64,000 nt of DNA from an uncultured Succinivibrio sp. (GTDB taxonomy: Bacteria; Pseudomonadota; Gammaproteobacteria; Enterobacterales; Succinivibrionaceae): contig CAAECI010000094.1 of the NCBI GenBank assembly GCA_900754255.1, positions 365 to 64,364 on the forward strand, given 5' to 3'. The position numbers and the translations under genes are program-made. The notes beneath the pieces are model-generated. The model ran no database searches. It saw nothing but the letters and a program-made list of their open reading frames with translations, and was not told the DNA's origin. This document shows, one piece after another, positions 21,442 to 32,504 of this stretch (its first letter is position 1; each line of letters begins with the position of its first letter).

Positions 21442-22824
21442 TTATTTGCCTGGCGCCGTCAAAGGTGGAAACGAACGCGCTTTAAGTTTATTTAAGATCT
21501 TGGCATGAATTCCGTTAAAGGAACCGTTGCTCATAACGATCACGGTGCTTCCTTTCCGCGCGCTTTGGCAGATCTCGTTGATCAGCGCATCAAAATCATG
21601 CACAACCCTGATTTTTTCACCGGCCAAGGCTTCTGCATTCCAGGCCAGATCGGACGGAGCATAAATAAAGGTTTCGTCGGCATCGCAAAAGGATGCGGCC
21701 AAGGCTTCATGATTGGCTCCCATTCGCATGGAATTAGAGCGCGGCTCAAAAACGGCGATGATATGCGCCTCCCTTCCCAGATGCTCGCGCATACCGTGCA
21801 GAGTAACCCTCACAGCCGTAGGGTGATGGGCAAAATCGTCATACACGCTTACACCGCAAGCCTCCCCCTTTAATTCCATGCGACGCTTAGGTAACACGAA
21901 CGATGACAAAGCAGCCGCAGCAGCCTCGGGATCTATACCGCAATAGCCAGCCGCAACCACGGCATTTAAGGCATTTTTCACGTTGTACTCTCCGGTACAG
22001 GCGAAATTGACGTGCGCTCGCTCTGCTCCCTTATGCAAAATGCAAAACTCCGTACCGTCCTCACGCAACATTTTATAAGACCAGTCCGCATCGGAGAGCC
22101 CGGTGGTAACCACCGGAGTCCAACAGCCCATAGCCAGAGCATCACTTACGTTTTTATCGGCTCGGGGCGCCACCACCAATCCCTTTGAGGGTATGGTACG
22201 CACCAAATGATGGAATTGACGCTCTATATCCCTGACGCTGTCGAAAATATCGGCATGATCGTATTCAATATTGTTGATGATCAGAGCCTGAGGATGATAG
22301 TGCACGAACTTTGAACGCTTGTCGAAAAAAGCACAGTCATACTCATCGGCCTCGATCACAAAATAAGGCGAATCTGTATTGCGAGCCGAGATCCCGTAGT
22401 TTCCCGGTATTCCGCCTATAAGAAAACCGGGATTTTTCCCGCAGACGTCCAAAATCCACGTCAGCATGGCGGAGGTAGTGGTCTTCCCATGGGTACCTGC
22501 CACCGCCAGCACGCATTTTTGTTTTAAATAATGCTCCTCAAGCCATCCCGGTCCCGAAACATAGGGAAAATTTTCATTGAGCATGCGCTCTATGACCGGC
22601 ATGCCGCGACGCATGACATTACCCACGACTATAAGATCGGGACGCAGATCCAGTTGCTTTGCGTCATAGCCCTGATAGATCTCGATCCCGGCCTTCTGTA
22701 ATTCCTCGGACATAGGCGGATATACGTTTTGATCGGCCCCCGTGACCTTAAAGCCGGCCTGTCTTGCGATCATGGCGATCCCGCCCATGAAGGTTCCGCA
22801 AATTCCCAATATATGAATGTGCAT
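21442..22824 (-). CDS. mpl: UDP-N-acetylmuramate:L-alanyl-gamma-D-glutamyl-meso-diaminopimelate ligase
   Basis: Colinear with E. coli Mpl (MHIHILGICGTFMGG, GTHGKTTT, DEYDCAFFDKRSKFVHY). Confidence 0.9.
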   Translation of the reverse strand: MHIHILGICGTFMGGIAMIARQAGFKVTGADQNVYPPMSEELQKAGIEIYQGYDAKQLDLRPDLIVVGNVMRRGMPVIERMLNENFPYVSGPGWLEEHYLKQKCVLAVAGTHGKTTTSAMLTWILDVCGKNPGFLIGGIPGNYGISARNTDSPYFVIEADEYDCAFFDKRSKFVHYHPQALIINNIEYDHADIFDSVRDIERQFHHLVRTIPSKGLVVAPRADKNVSDALAMGCWTPVVTTGLSDADWSYKMLREDGTEFCILHKGAERAHVNFACTGEYNVKNALNAVVAAGYCGIDPEAAAAALSSFVLPKRRMELKGEACGVSVYDDFAHHPTAVRVTLHGMREHLGREAHIIAVFEPRSNSMRMGANHEALAASFCDADETFIYAPSDLAWNAEALAGEKIRVVHDFDALINEICQSARKGSTVIVMSNGSFNGIHAKILNKLKARSFPPLTAPGK

Positions 22825-22826
22825 AC

Positions 22827-23882
22827 TCATTCTCCGCACTTTAGGTATGGCTTAAAGGCACTGCTTGCACGTCCGCCGCTCTTACCGTCCTTCATTTCGA
22901 TGGTATAGACGGCCACGCCCTCCCGTTCAGCCCACTCCAAAGCCTTATCGGCTCCCCAAACCAAAAGTCCCGTATCCAGAGCATCAGTCTCAAAGGCCGT
23001 ATCGGCAATTACAGTAACCGACATGGTCGAATGATCGACGGGACGGCCGGTCTTGGGATCTATGGCGTGTGAATAGATACGTCCGTTCTTTTCATCCTTA
23101 AAATAATTGCGATAGGATCCGGCGGTGGACATAGCCTTGCCCATGGGACATACGGTGGCAAAAATACTGTGATCAGGGGTCGAAGGATCCTCAATTCCTA
23201 TGCGCCAGGGCTTACCACGGGAATTTACGCCCGCACTTCTGGAGGCTCCGGCTACGCTTGCAAAATAATTCTTTATGCCCTTGGCATCAAGCATGGCGGC
23301 AACGGCGTCGGCGCCCAACCCCTCGCCGACGGTAGCCAAATCGATGCGAACCTCAGGATATGCTTTTTCTAAATAATGCCGCCCGTTTTCTTCATAAAGC
23401 TTAAACTTGTCGGGACCGACAAGCCTTTTGGCCGTCTCTACGGCGGTAGGATCGGGCTCGCGGCTCAATCTTTTGTCTTTGCCGAAGCCCCAAAGGTTGA
23501 CCAAAGGGCCTACGGTAATGTCCATCGCATAATCTATACGCGCAGATTGCTTTTGACAGCCTGAAATGATCTTAAAGAGCAAGGGAGATATTTCCACGGG
23601 TTCGGTGCTCTTCAAATCATCGAGGCGATAAAGCTCGGCCTTGGGATCAAAGGTGGAGATCACATCGACTATCCTTTTAAATTCCGCTTCGCAGTCGGCG
23701 GTTAATTGTCCGCTTCCTCCTTCATAGGGCGACACGCTTTGCACCATATAGAAGGTGCCCATGGTCTTGCCCTGGGACATCGCAACGTCCTGTACCGTAT
23801 TTTCCTTATCGTTGCAGGCTACAGCCAAAAGGACGGCCGAGACCGCAATTGCAATCAGCTTTTTCATTTTAAATATCCGCAC
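22827..23882 (-). CDS. apbE: FAD:protein FMN transferase (ApbE family) lipoprotein
   Basis: Signal peptide/lipobox, ApbE signatures (YSHAIDPKTGRPV, GDGLG). Confidence 0.85.
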   Translation of the reverse strand: MRIFKMKKLIAIAVSAVLLAVACNDKENTVQDVAMSQGKTMGTFYMVQSVSPYEGGSGQLTADCEAEFKRIVDVISTFDPKAELYRLDDLKSTEPVEISPLLFKIISGCQKQSARIDYAMDITVGPLVNLWGFGKDKRLSREPDPTAVETAKRLVGPDKFKLYEENGRHYLEKAYPEVRIDLATVGEGLGADAVAAMLDAKGIKNYFASVAGASRSAGVNSRGKPWRIGIEDPSTPDHSIFATVCPMGKAMSTAGSYRNYFKDEKNGRIYSHAIDPKTGRPVDHSTMSVTVIADTAFETDALDTGLLVWGADKALEWAEREGVAVYTIEMKDGKSGGRASSAFKPYLKCGE

Positions 23883-24039
23883 TGCCGTGCCTTTTTATGT
23901 ACCCGAGTCCTGATCCGAAAACAACTGAGGGTACGCATTTTCAATTGATGTTAATCTTAGGAGCGTCCGTCGTTAAACGGCTTCTTCCTTACATGCAAAA
24001 ACTCCCTTTTGACAGGGAGTTTGCAAAGAAAAGAGATCC

Positions 24040-24273
24040 TCAGACGGATTTGTGGGGAATGACCTCGGGGCCCTTGCAATCGGCCTTGGGCTTATGTCCG
24101 CTCTTTCCGGCATAGCCGCACAAGGTACTGTTGCAGCTTGCACAGGACATAGATTGCAAAATTGCCGCCGTGGCTTCATCTTCAGTCTTCAAAGGACGCT
24201 TGTTGAGGATTAAGCCCAATGCCATGGCACCTGCAAACAGCAGGAAAAGCACGAAGCTTGCTATATAGACCAT
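24040..24273 (-). CDS. nqrM: NqrM-like small membrane protein (Na+-NQR maturation factor)
   Basis: 77 aa, N-terminal TM helix plus a cysteine cluster (CASCNSTLC...C). Immediately downstream of apbE, as nqrM is in Vibrio. Confidence 0.5.
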   Translation of the reverse strand: MVYIASFVLFLLFAGAMALGLILNKRPLKTEDEATAAILQSMSCASCNSTLCGYAGKSGHKPKADCKGPEVIPHKSV

Positions 24274-24632
24274 CGCAACATCTCCTTTAGCGCAAAAATA
24301 AAAAAGTTTCGGGGGCTTTTGTGCCCTTGCCTAATTATAGCAAAGTAATGATTTTTTCCGTGCTCAAACGGCATGGCCGCGGGCATTTTTACGCTTACAG
24401 TTATTTTTTGACGTGTATAATAAGACGATTTAAAGATCTCACCATCCAAAACGTACGGGAAGATCGCGGCCTTTTTCCCAAAGACTTTTCCCCGTTATGC
24501 GGATCATAAAAAGTGAGATATAAGCGGGCTCGCCCCGGCCATATTTTGTTTTTTGATCGGACGATTAACGATTTTTTACGTAAAGCCTTTACAGCTTGAA
24601 CCGATTTCCTCCGATCCTTTGCGGATTTTTCA

Positions 24633-26357
24633 ATGAGAACTACTAAATTCCTACTTTCTACCCTGAAAGAAACCCCTGCCGAGGCCGTACTGGCCAGTCA
24701 CCGTTTAATGCTGCGTGCCGGACTCATTCGTCAGGTAAGTCAGGGCGTATATACCTGGTTGCCTCTAGGCATGCGCGTACTTAATAAGGCCGCAAACATA
24801 GTACGTGAGGAGTACGATAAAGCCGGTGCTTTGGAGCTTACCATGCCCTTCGTACAGCCTGCTGATCTGTGGCGTGAATCCGGCCGTTACGACAAATACG
24901 GTCCCGAGCTTTGCCGCTTTGAGGATCGCAAGGAAAACGAATATGTGCTGGGACCTACTCATGAGGAGGTGATCACCGCCGTTGCCCGTCGCGAGATCAA
25001 AAGCGCCCGTCAAATGCCGGTTACCCTGTACCAAATCCAATGGAAATTCCGCGACGAGATCCGCCCCCGCTTCGGCGTGATGCGCAGCCGTGAATTCCTC
25101 ATGGCCGACGGCTATTCCTTCGATCTTGATACCGAGGGACTCAAAAAGTCCTATGAAGCCATGTATCAGGCCTATATCAACATGTTTACACGCATGGGCC
25201 TGAATTTCCGTCCCGTGGAGGCCGATACAGGCTCCATAGGCGGATACAAGTCTCATGAGTTTCAGGTGCTGGCTGACTCGGGCGAGGATCTCATAGCCTG
25301 GTCAGACGGATCCGATTACGCCGCCAACATCGAAAAGGCCGAGACACTGGCCCCTACCTGCGAGCGCGAAGCCCCTGCAGATCCATACTCCGAGGTTCCC
25401 ACTCCCGGTGCTCACACCGTGGATGAAGCCTGCAAGGCCGTGGGCGTACCCGTTGAAAAAATGCTCAAGAGCCTCATCGTTCACGGCAAAAAAAATGAAG
25501 ACGGTACCAACGAGCTCGTAATGATCTGCCTTTGCGGAAATCAGGAATTAAACGAGATCAAGGCCGTCAAGGCCGGCGGTATTGCCGATCCCATTGAATT
25601 TGCATCCGACGAAGAGATCAGAAAGGCCACCGGAGCACATCCGGGCTCCTTAGGCCCCGTAGGCTTTAAGGGACGCATTCTCGTCGACCGTACCGCCGAT
25701 CGCATGGCTAACTTTGCCTGCGGTGCCAATAAGGACGGCTTCCACCTTATAAACGTCAATTGGGATCGCGATGTTCCTTCCTATGAGGTGTTTGATCTGC
25801 GCAATGTTGAGGAGGGTGATCCCAGCCCCGACGGCAAGGGAACCCTGCATTTACGTCGCGGTATTGAGGTAGGACACGTATTCATGCTCGGCACCAAATA
25901 CTCCGAGGCCATGGGTTGCACCGTAGCCGATGAAAACGGAGAAAACATTCCCATGATCATGGGCTGCTACGGTGTGGGTGTGACCCGTGCCATTGCCGCC
26001 GCCATCGAGCAGAATCACGACGAGCGCGGCATTATCTGGAACGATGCCCTAGCACCCTATCAGGTTGCCATTATCTCCGTTCGTGCCGATAAATCAAAAG
26101 CCGTTTTCGATACCGCTGAAAAGCTATATGCCGATCTTTGCGCCGCCGGCATTGAGGTCATCTACGATGATCGCGACGAACGTCCCGGAGTAAAATTTGC
26201 CGATATGGATCTCATAGGCATACCCCATATCATCACCATCGGCGATAAGGGACTTGAAAAGGGTTGCATAGAGTATAAGAACCGCCGCAGCGGTCAAAAG
26301 GAGGACCTAAGCTGCGACGATATGCTAAATGCCGTTCTGGCAAAGCTTCGCAGCTAA
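24633..26357 (+). CDS. proS: prolyl-tRNA synthetase
   Basis: Class II aaRS motifs, colinear with bacterial ProS (574 aa). Confidence 0.95.
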   Translation: MRTTKFLLSTLKETPAEAVLASHRLMLRAGLIRQVSQGVYTWLPLGMRVLNKAANIVREEYDKAGALELTMPFVQPADLWRESGRYDKYGPELCRFEDRKENEYVLGPTHEEVITAVARREIKSARQMPVTLYQIQWKFRDEIRPRFGVMRSREFLMADGYSFDLDTEGLKKSYEAMYQAYINMFTRMGLNFRPVEADTGSIGGYKSHEFQVLADSGEDLIAWSDGSDYAANIEKAETLAPTCEREAPADPYSEVPTPGAHTVDEACKAVGVPVEKMLKSLIVHGKKNEDGTNELVMICLCGNQELNEIKAVKAGGIADPIEFASDEEIRKATGAHPGSLGPVGFKGRILVDRTADRMANFACGANKDGFHLINVNWDRDVPSYEVFDLRNVEEGDPSPDGKGTLHLRRGIEVGHVFMLGTKYSEAMGCTVADENGENIPMIMGCYGVGVTRAIAAAIEQNHDERGIIWNDALAPYQVAIISVRADKSKAVFDTAEKLYADLCAAGIEVIYDDRDERPGVKFADMDLIGIPHIITIGDKGLEKGCIEYKNRRSGQKEDLSCDDMLNAVLAKLRS

Positions 26358-26582
26358 TCGCGCTCCTTTTTGATAAAGCCCCCGCCCCCCGCGGGGGCTT
26401 TTTAATAACGCCTTTATCTGCGCCGTCTGCCATCCCTGCCTTGCTAAATCCTCACTGACGTCCAATGCTCGGATCATGCGCACAAAGGCTCCTAAAGCCC
26501 CTCTTGTTTTTTCATCGCTAAACGGCGACACTTTTCTCAACTTACCTTGTAATTATTAAACCTAGGAAATAACGGAAAATAC

Positions 26583-26864
26583 ATGGCTTTCCCCGATGAA
26601 CTCATACAACGCTCAGAAAGGCTTTCCAAAACCGCACTTGCAGGCTGCAAGCCCGAAGTCTACGAGTATATGTCCGCCTTGCTTACGGATATAGTGGACG
26701 CTGTGAAAAACCTTTCGGATCCGCAGCTTATAGAGATGCTAAACGGCATCATACGCGAGTTGCTCTCGGCTCAGGAGGCAGGCGATCTTTATAGAATTTC
26801 CGACGATCTCGGCTATGAGCTGCCCTATGTGCTACGGGAAATTGCCCCGCATATCAAAGGCTGA
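26583..26864 (+). CDS. small hypothetical protein (possibly UPF0352/YejL-like)
   Basis: 93-aa helical ORF; weak resemblance only. Confidence 0.35.
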   Translation: MAFPDELIQRSERLSKTALAGCKPEVYEYMSALLTDIVDAVKNLSDPQLIEMLNGIIRELLSAQEAGDLYRISDDLGYELPYVLREIAPHIKG

Positions 26865-26964
26865 ACCAAAATAGTCAGTACAGAAAAAACGGGCAATGAT
26901 CTTACCCGTTTGCAAAAAACTTATAAAAAGGTGGCACGGCTATGCGCGGCGGTGACGCCCGTTT

Positions 26965-28065
26965 TCAGATGATCTGCAACTCGCCGTCTATAGCTCCTGC
27001 CTGATCTAAGGCCTCAAGCACCGACATAAGATCGCCCGGAGCCAAGCCCACCTGATTTACGGCTCTTACCAGATCATCCAGGGAAGCACCGGAATCAAAT
27101 TTAAACATCTTGCCCTTTTTTTCCTGCACGTTGATCTGGGAGTTGGGGATCACCGCCGTACGTCCCTGTGAAAAGGAATTAGGCTGCGAAACCTGAGGAT
27201 CCTCGCTCACGGTCACGGTCAGACCGCCGTGGGTTACGGCCACGGGCTTTAATTTTACGTTGCTGCCTATGACTATGGTGCCGGTTCTGGAGTTGACCAC
27301 GATCCTGGCCTTATCGTCACCCTGAGCAACATCCAGATTTTCAATGGCCGACAGGTATTCCACGCGCTTGGCCGGATTTCTAGGTGCCATCACGCGGACG
27401 GAAACCGCATCCTGAGCGACGGCCGAACCGTTGCCGAAAAAGTTATTGATGGCATCAGCCACATTTTTGGCGGAGGTAAAATCAGGACGATCGAGATTGA
27501 GCACGAAACTGTCGGAGCTGGCAAAGCTGTTCGGAACCTCTCTCTCCACGATGGCTCCGTTGGCAATGCGACCTACGGTAGGAGTATTGACGGTAACCTT
27601 GGATCCGTCCGCCCCCTCGACACCCAAGCCGCCCACTACCAAAGATCCCTGTGCGATGGCATAGACATTGCCGTCTATACCGCGCAGCATGGTTTGCAAT
27701 AATGTACCGCCGCGCAACGAGGTCGCCTCGCCTATGGCGGATACCGTCACATCCACGGTCTGACCGCGCTTGGCAAAGGGCGGCAGCGTGGCATGAATGG
27801 CCACGGGAGAAACGTCCTTGATCTTAAGCGAGGTGGAATCGGGCACCTTGATCCCGAAATTATTGAGCATGGAGCGGAAGGTCTGCTCGGTAAATTTATT
27901 GTTTTTTTCACCGGTTCCGGCCAAGCCCACAACCAAGCCGTAGCCTACGAGCTGATTGTCGCGTACACCCTCCACGCTCGAGATATCCTTGATGCGGGCC
28001 GCATCGGCGTTCAACGCTAAAAACGTCATGCACATCAAAGCTGTCAGCCATTTAAACGTTTTCAT
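26965..28065 (-). CDS. flgI: flagellar P-ring protein FlgI
   Basis: Signal peptide, then [29 protein letters not shown] as in the FlgI family. Confidence 0.9.
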   Translation of the reverse strand: MKTFKWLTALMCMTFLALNADAARIKDISSVEGVRDNQLVGYGLVVGLAGTGEKNNKFTEQTFRSMLNNFGIKVPDSTSLKIKDVSPVAIHATLPPFAKRGQTVDVTVSAIGEATSLRGGTLLQTMLRGIDGNVYAIAQGSLVVGGLGVEGADGSKVTVNTPTVGRIANGAIVEREVPNSFASSDSFVLNLDRPDFTSAKNVADAINNFFGNGSAVAQDAVSVRVMAPRNPAKRVEYLSAIENLDVAQGDDKARIVVNSRTGTIVIGSNVKLKPVAVTHGGLTVTVSEDPQVSQPNSFSQGRTAVIPNSQINVQEKKGKMFKFDSGASLDDLVRAVNQVGLAPGDLMSVLEALDQAGAIDGELQII

Positions 28066-28125
28066 ACATCCATCCGCAAAAAATCACCGTTTATCTTTAC
28101 CGAGTCCGCACGAATTGCAAAATGC

Positions 28126-28815
28126 TCAGCCGAAGATATTAAATACGCTGTTGAAGAACTTGGACAACCAGCCGCGCTCCTGGGTATTGGCCAAGTCGCC
28201 GGTACCGCCGTACTGAATGCGGGCGTTGGCAATACGCTGCGAGGAAACGGTGTTGTCCGAATTGATGTCCTCGGGGCGAACCAAGCCGGTTACGCGCACA
28301 TATTCATTACCGTTATTGAGCATGAGCCATTTTTCACCCTGCACCTGCAGATTGCCGTTGGCAAGTACGCGCACCACGCTTACGGAGATCTGTCCTGAAA
28401 GCGAGTTGCTCTGTGAGGCATTGCCGGAGCCTGAGAATTCCTGAGAATTGGACAGACTTAGGGTAGGCTTGTAGCTGCGAAGATGCAGATCGCGACCTGC
28501 CAAATTCACGTTGCCGAAATTGACCTCATCCTCCTTGGCCATGGAGGTTCCCGCTTTTTTAGATGCTGAGGTAGCCTCCTCCAAGGATACCGAAATGATA
28601 TCACCTACGCGGTGAGCCTTGGTATCGGTATAAAGACCGTTGGAGCTATTGTTGGGATTATAGATCCCGCCCGTCGGTACCGGAGATGAATAATCCTGCT
28701 CGGGCAAGGCCGGAGCAAAGGCGGGATCGTCGGGCTTGGGATCAAAGGTATCCAAGGCACAGCCGGTAAGCATCCATGCGGCAACGGTCGTTGCCATTAA
28801 GGCTTTATTAAACAT
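28126..28815 (-). CDS. flgH: flagellar L-ring lipoprotein FlgH
   Basis: Lipobox LTGCAL; FlgH-family C-terminal region. Confidence 0.85.
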   Translation of the reverse strand: MFNKALMATTVAAWMLTGCALDTFDPKPDDPAFAPALPEQDYSSPVPTGGIYNPNNSSNGLYTDTKAHRVGDIISVSLEEATSASKKAGTSMAKEDEVNFGNVNLAGRDLHLRSYKPTLSLSNSQEFSGSGNASQSNSLSGQISVSVVRVLANGNLQVQGEKWLMLNNGNEYVRVTGLVRPEDINSDNTVSSQRIANARIQYGGTGDLANTQERGWLSKFFNSVFNIFG

Positions 28816-28857
28816 AATTTTTCTCTCCCGGGCTTTTTTATATTATTTTCTTAGCCG

Positions 28858-29643
28858 CTATACCGATTGAATGAGCGAGCCCATCATCTCATCGACGGTG
28901 GTCAGCACCTTGGAATTCATCTCATATACGCGCTGGGCCGTAATTAGATTTACGAGCTCCTCGGTTACCTTCACGTTTGAGGTTTCAAGCATACTCTGAC
29001 GTATGGAGCCCATGCCGTCCTGTCCGCCTATACCCTGCTGAGGTGCACCCGAGGCAGTGGTCTCCAAAAAGAGGTTGTCACCTACCGGTTCAAGTCCCGA
29101 GGGATTTATGAAGTCGGTTACGGTGATCTGCCCTAAATCCTGAGATACTCTCGAGTTGCCCACGGTAACGCTTACCTGACCGTCACGACCTACGCTGATG
29201 GCCGTAGCGTTTTCAGGTACCTGCATCTGCGGTAATAAAGGGAATCCGTCGACATTGACGATGGTTCCCTCCTCGTTTTTCGAGAACTGGCCGTTACGGG
29301 TATAAGCCGTGGTGCCGTCAGGAAGCTGGATTTCAAAGAAGCCGCGCCCCTGGATCATAAGATCGAAGCTGTTGTCGGTAGTCTCGACGTCACCCTGACC
29401 GAATTGCTTTTGAGTGGCCACGACCTTGGAGCCGGCACCCAGCATCAGCCCCTCGGGCAGATAGCTGTCGGCACTGGATCTGCCGCCGGGCTGGTTGATC
29501 TTTTGATACAAAAGATCCTCAAAAATGGCGCGACTTTTCTTAAAGCCTACGGTGGATGCGTTGGCCAGATTGTTGGACGTAACCGAAATATTGGTCTGCT
29601 GAGCGTCTAGACCGGTTTTACTAATCCATAATGCCGGGATCAT
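28858..29643 (-). CDS. flgG: flagellar distal rod protein FlgG
   Basis: Colinear with E. coli FlgG (ISKTGLDAQQTN...NLAN.ST.GFK ... EMN). Confidence 0.9.
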   Translation of the reverse strand: MIPALWISKTGLDAQQTNISVTSNNLANASTVGFKKSRAIFEDLLYQKINQPGGRSSADSYLPEGLMLGAGSKVVATQKQFGQGDVETTDNSFDLMIQGRGFFEIQLPDGTTAYTRNGQFSKNEEGTIVNVDGFPLLPQMQVPENATAISVGRDGQVSVTVGNSRVSQDLGQITVTDFINPSGLEPVGDNLFLETTASGAPQQGIGGQDGMGSIRQSMLETSNVKVTEELVNLITAQRVYEMNSKVLTTVDEMMGSLIQSV

Positions 29644-29651
29644 AAGCTCTC

Positions 29652-30401
29652 CTATTGATAACTAAGCAGACGATCCTGGGCTTGATCCATTTGCCCGGCC
29701 TCGTCTATCAATTTAACCGTGGTGTCATATTGACGCTGAATGCGGATGAGGGATGTCAATTCCTCGACGGGATTGACGTTGGATCCCTCCAGCATGCCGC
29801 TGCGCACCTTCACCGTTTGATCTTGTGCAAGACTCGTGCCGTCTCTCAAACGAAACAGACCGTCATAGCCCTTTTCTATATCCTTGTAGCTCTCGGGATT
29901 GACGAGCTTTATGCGCTGGTAATTCTCCAGCACATTAGTGGCTGCCCCCTGGGGGCGCCCGGAGATCACGCCGTCGTCGCTTATATGTACGGCCTCGAGC
30001 ATGGGCGGCAGAATGATTTGAGTTCCGTCCTCATCGAGCACGTCCAAGCCGTTTTGAGTCCTGAGCACTCCGTCGGCTCCAACCATAAGCGATCCCATAC
30101 GGGTATAAGCCTCGTTGCCGTCACGATCGTTGACGGCAATAAAGCCGTCTCCCTGCACGGCAATATCCAAATCACGATCCGTGGTTTCAATGGCCCCGCC
30201 TGACATGTTGTAGCCCGGACGCTCATCCATAGCAAAGGCTCGCGAGGGATAGGCATCGGCAAAGACGCTCATGGCGCGGGAATTTTCAAAATCAGCCTTA
30301 AAACCGGTGGTATTGGCATTGGCAAGATTGTTCGAACGTACGGCCAAAGAATGGAAATTTTCCTTAGCCCCCGACATTGCCACCCATAATAATTTATCCA
30401 T
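29652..30401 (-). CDS. flgF: flagellar proximal rod protein FlgF
   Basis: Colinear with E. coli FlgF (SNNLANANTTGFK ... MLEGSNVNPVEE). Confidence 0.85.
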   Translation of the reverse strand: MDKLLWVAMSGAKENFHSLAVRSNNLANANTTGFKADFENSRAMSVFADAYPSRAFAMDERPGYNMSGGAIETTDRDLDIAVQGDGFIAVNDRDGNEAYTRMGSLMVGADGVLRTQNGLDVLDEDGTQIILPPMLEAVHISDDGVISGRPQGAATNVLENYQRIKLVNPESYKDIEKGYDGLFRLRDGTSLAQDQTVKVRSGMLEGSNVNPVEELTSLIRIQRQYDTTVKLIDEAGQMDQAQDRLLSYQ

Positions 30402-30449
30402 CGATACCTCCGCGTCCTAAAACGCAGTTTTATATTCTGATAAATATAT

Positions 30450-30465
30450 TGCAACAGCCGTGCCA
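30450..30465 (-). promoter_or_regulatory. sigma54 promoter (TGGCAC-N5-TTGCA) upstream of flgF
   Basis: Minus strand reads TGGCACGGCTGTTGCA, a perfect -24/-12 consensus about 50 nt upstream of the flgF ATG. Confidence 0.6.
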
Positions 30466-30532
30466 TGTTTAAACGGCCTTTGATTTATCAATGAGATGGA
30501 TTTTTAAGGAAAGAGAAGATGGATTGGATCAC

Positions 30533-30566
30533 AGAAGTACAGTCGGTTTTCCGACTGCACTTCTGA
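30533..30566 (-). other. 15-bp stem-loop between flgD and flgF (no U-tract)
   Basis: CAGAAGTACAGTCGG-TTTT-CCGACTGCACTTCTG with one mismatch. Confidence 0.6.
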
Positions 30567-30587
30567 TAAGGATGGGACAGCAGAATG

Positions 30588-31295
30588 TTACATGGCGATC
30601 TCGGTCACGTCCGAAAGCTTGACATCGCCGTAACCGACGAGATTCAAAATAGTATCCGAGCTCGTCTTGCCTAAGGTTACGCTGCCCACCACCGCATAGG
30701 TGGACACGGGTAACGACACGGCCTGTCCGTCGCGTACGGCCTCGGCGCTGATGCTGTATATTCCGGCCGGAAGCTTTTTACCCTCAGAGTCGGTACCGTC
30801 CCAGCTGAAGTCCATGGATCCCGAACCTGCATCCGCCGTATAGCTCCCCACTACCGAGCCTGATGAATCGGTAACGGTGATCTTAAGGTTATTGGCTCCG
30901 GTGCCCGCATCGATCTTGGCACTTAATGCATTGGAGCCGTCAAAGAAGCCCGAGCTCTTATCAGTCAGCACCGAACGTCCCACCAAGCTGGACGCCGAAA
31001 GCGCCGAGCTTGAGGAAATGGCATTGACCACGTTGTCCATGCCCGAAGTTATGGTATTCAAATTCTGCACTATCGACAGCTGCGACATGGTATTGACCAT
31101 TTGGGTATTGTCCACTGGAGACGTAGGATCCTGATTGGACAACTGCGTGGTCAAAAGCTTCAGGAAATCCTCCTGATTCAGGGTATTCGAGGACTGGGTT
31201 TTCGACGCATTCTGCGAGGCAATATACGACGGAGTCTTGCCTATGGAGCTGTAATCAAAACTGTTTGAATCCGACATTTGGACTCTCCCCCTCAA
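30588..31295 (-). CDS. flgD: flagellar hook capping/assembly protein FlgD
   Basis: FlgD N-terminal motif (QEDFLKLLTTQLSNQDPTSPVDNTQMVNTMSQLS). Confidence 0.8.
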   Translation of the reverse strand: MRGRVQMSDSNSFDYSSIGKTPSYIASQNASKTQSSNTLNQEDFLKLLTTQLSNQDPTSPVDNTQMVNTMSQLSIVQNLNTITSGMDNVVNAISSSSALSASSLVGRSVLTDKSSGFFDGSNALSAKIDAGTGANNLKITVTDSSGSVVGSYTADAGSGSMDFSWDGTDSEGKKLPAGIYSISAEAVRDGQAVSLPVSTYAVVGSVTLGKTSSDTILNLVGYGDVKLSDVTEIAM

Positions 31296-31533
31296 TCGGG
31301 CATTATTTGCCGCTTGTTTTCTTATTTAAGCTAAATAATACATATTCCGTGCCATGAAAGGAAACTTTTAAAAGTCATTTGTAATATAACGTTTTTTTAG
31401 CTTAAGGTAATTGCAATACCTCGATCCCTCTCTTTCTTTTGCCTTTAATTACTTTAGCAGAGGCAGACTTTGCCGCCTGCTTTTTTTATATTTGCCGCAC
31501 TTACAAATCACTCTTACCTTAATCTCAAATAAA

Positions 31534-31565
31534 AAAGCAGCCCGAACAAAGGCTGCCCTCTCATG
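31534..31565 (-). terminator. rho-independent terminator just downstream of flgC
   Basis: Minus strand GGCAGCC-TTTGTTCG-GGCTGC followed by TTTTTT. Confidence 0.6.
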
Positions 31566-31578
31566 CTGCACCGCGCGA

Positions 31579-32043
31579 TCAGCCGTTGCTCTGTCCGAGA
31601 CGCAACGTTGCCTGCAACATACTCTTGGCGTTGGAGGCTATCTGCACCGCCGTTTGATAATTACGGCTTGCACTGATCATATCCGTCATTTCCTCCACGG
31701 GATTTACGTTCGGCCTGTATATATACCCCTTTTCATCCGCCAGAGGATGGTTGGGATTGTATTCCTGTATGGCCGGCGCATCGGATTCGATTATGCCCTT
31801 TAAGGCCACGCCTATACCATAAGGTTCGCCGCTATGCGGATCGACGGGCTCACCGCTTTCGGAATTTAAGCGCATGGCCTCGTCCATGGCTGCTTGAAAT
31901 AGAGGACGTCTGGCCTTATACACGGTATCCACGCTCGAGCTTACGGATTCGGCATTGGCCAAATTGGATGCGGTGGCATTCAAACGCACGGATTCGGCGT
32001 TCATAGCCGTTCCGGCAATATCCAAAATTCTAAATACGCTCAT
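31579..32043 (-). CDS. flgC: flagellar basal-body rod protein FlgC
   Basis: Colinear with E. coli FlgC (FxIxGxA...NLANA.S ... YxxPxV). Confidence 0.9.
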   Translation of the reverse strand: MSVFRILDIAGTAMNAESVRLNATASNLANAESVSSSVDTVYKARRPLFQAAMDEAMRLNSESGEPVDPHSGEPYGIGVALKGIIESDAPAIQEYNPNHPLADEKGYIYRPNVNPVEEMTDMISASRNYQTAVQIASNAKSMLQATLRLGQSNG

Positions 32044-32057
32044 ATTTCACCCCTTGC

Positions 32058-32486
32058 CTATGAATTCATTTTCAATGCCGACATCAGCTTTTGGATGCGG
32101 GAATTTAAGAAAGTTAACGAGGCCTGATATTCAAGTGAATTTTGTGTGTAATTCATGCGCTCGGTATTGGTTTCGACGGTGTTGCCGTTGCCGGTATCTG
32201 CCTGATAAGGATTACGGTACTTAAGCGTAAGCTCGGGATCCTCAGGCAACATTCCCACGTCCATATGTCTGTCGTCGGTCTTAACCATGGGAGCGTCGAC
32301 ACCGTCATTTTTTACAAGCGAGCGTCCAGACGCCTGAGACAGGGCCAGAGAAAAATCCAGATCACGGGCCTTATAGCCCGGTGTCTCGGCATTGGCCAAA
32401 TTTCCGGCAAGCACCTCGGCGCGTTTCGTACGCACTCCCAAGGTGTACTGGTGTATTCCGAATACCTTGTCAAAGGATACCGACAT
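32058..32486 (-). CDS. flgB: flagellar basal-body rod protein FlgB
   Basis: FlgB motifs (RxEVLAGNLANAETPGYKARDLDF ... GNTV ... NSLEYQ). Confidence 0.9.
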   Translation of the reverse strand: MSVSFDKVFGIHQYTLGVRTKRAEVLAGNLANAETPGYKARDLDFSLALSQASGRSLVKNDGVDAPMVKTDDRHMDVGMLPEDPELTLKYRNPYQADTGNGNTVETNTERMNYTQNSLEYQASLTFLNSRIQKLMSALKMNS

Positions 32487-32504
32487 AGTTGCACTCCCGC
32501 GGCG

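Noticed and set aside
31296-31533. sigma54 promoter for flgD (GTGCCA at 31352)
   Set aside because: -24 TGGCAC is present on the minus strand, but the -12 element reads ATGTA with no GC. It is not a convincing RpoN promoter.
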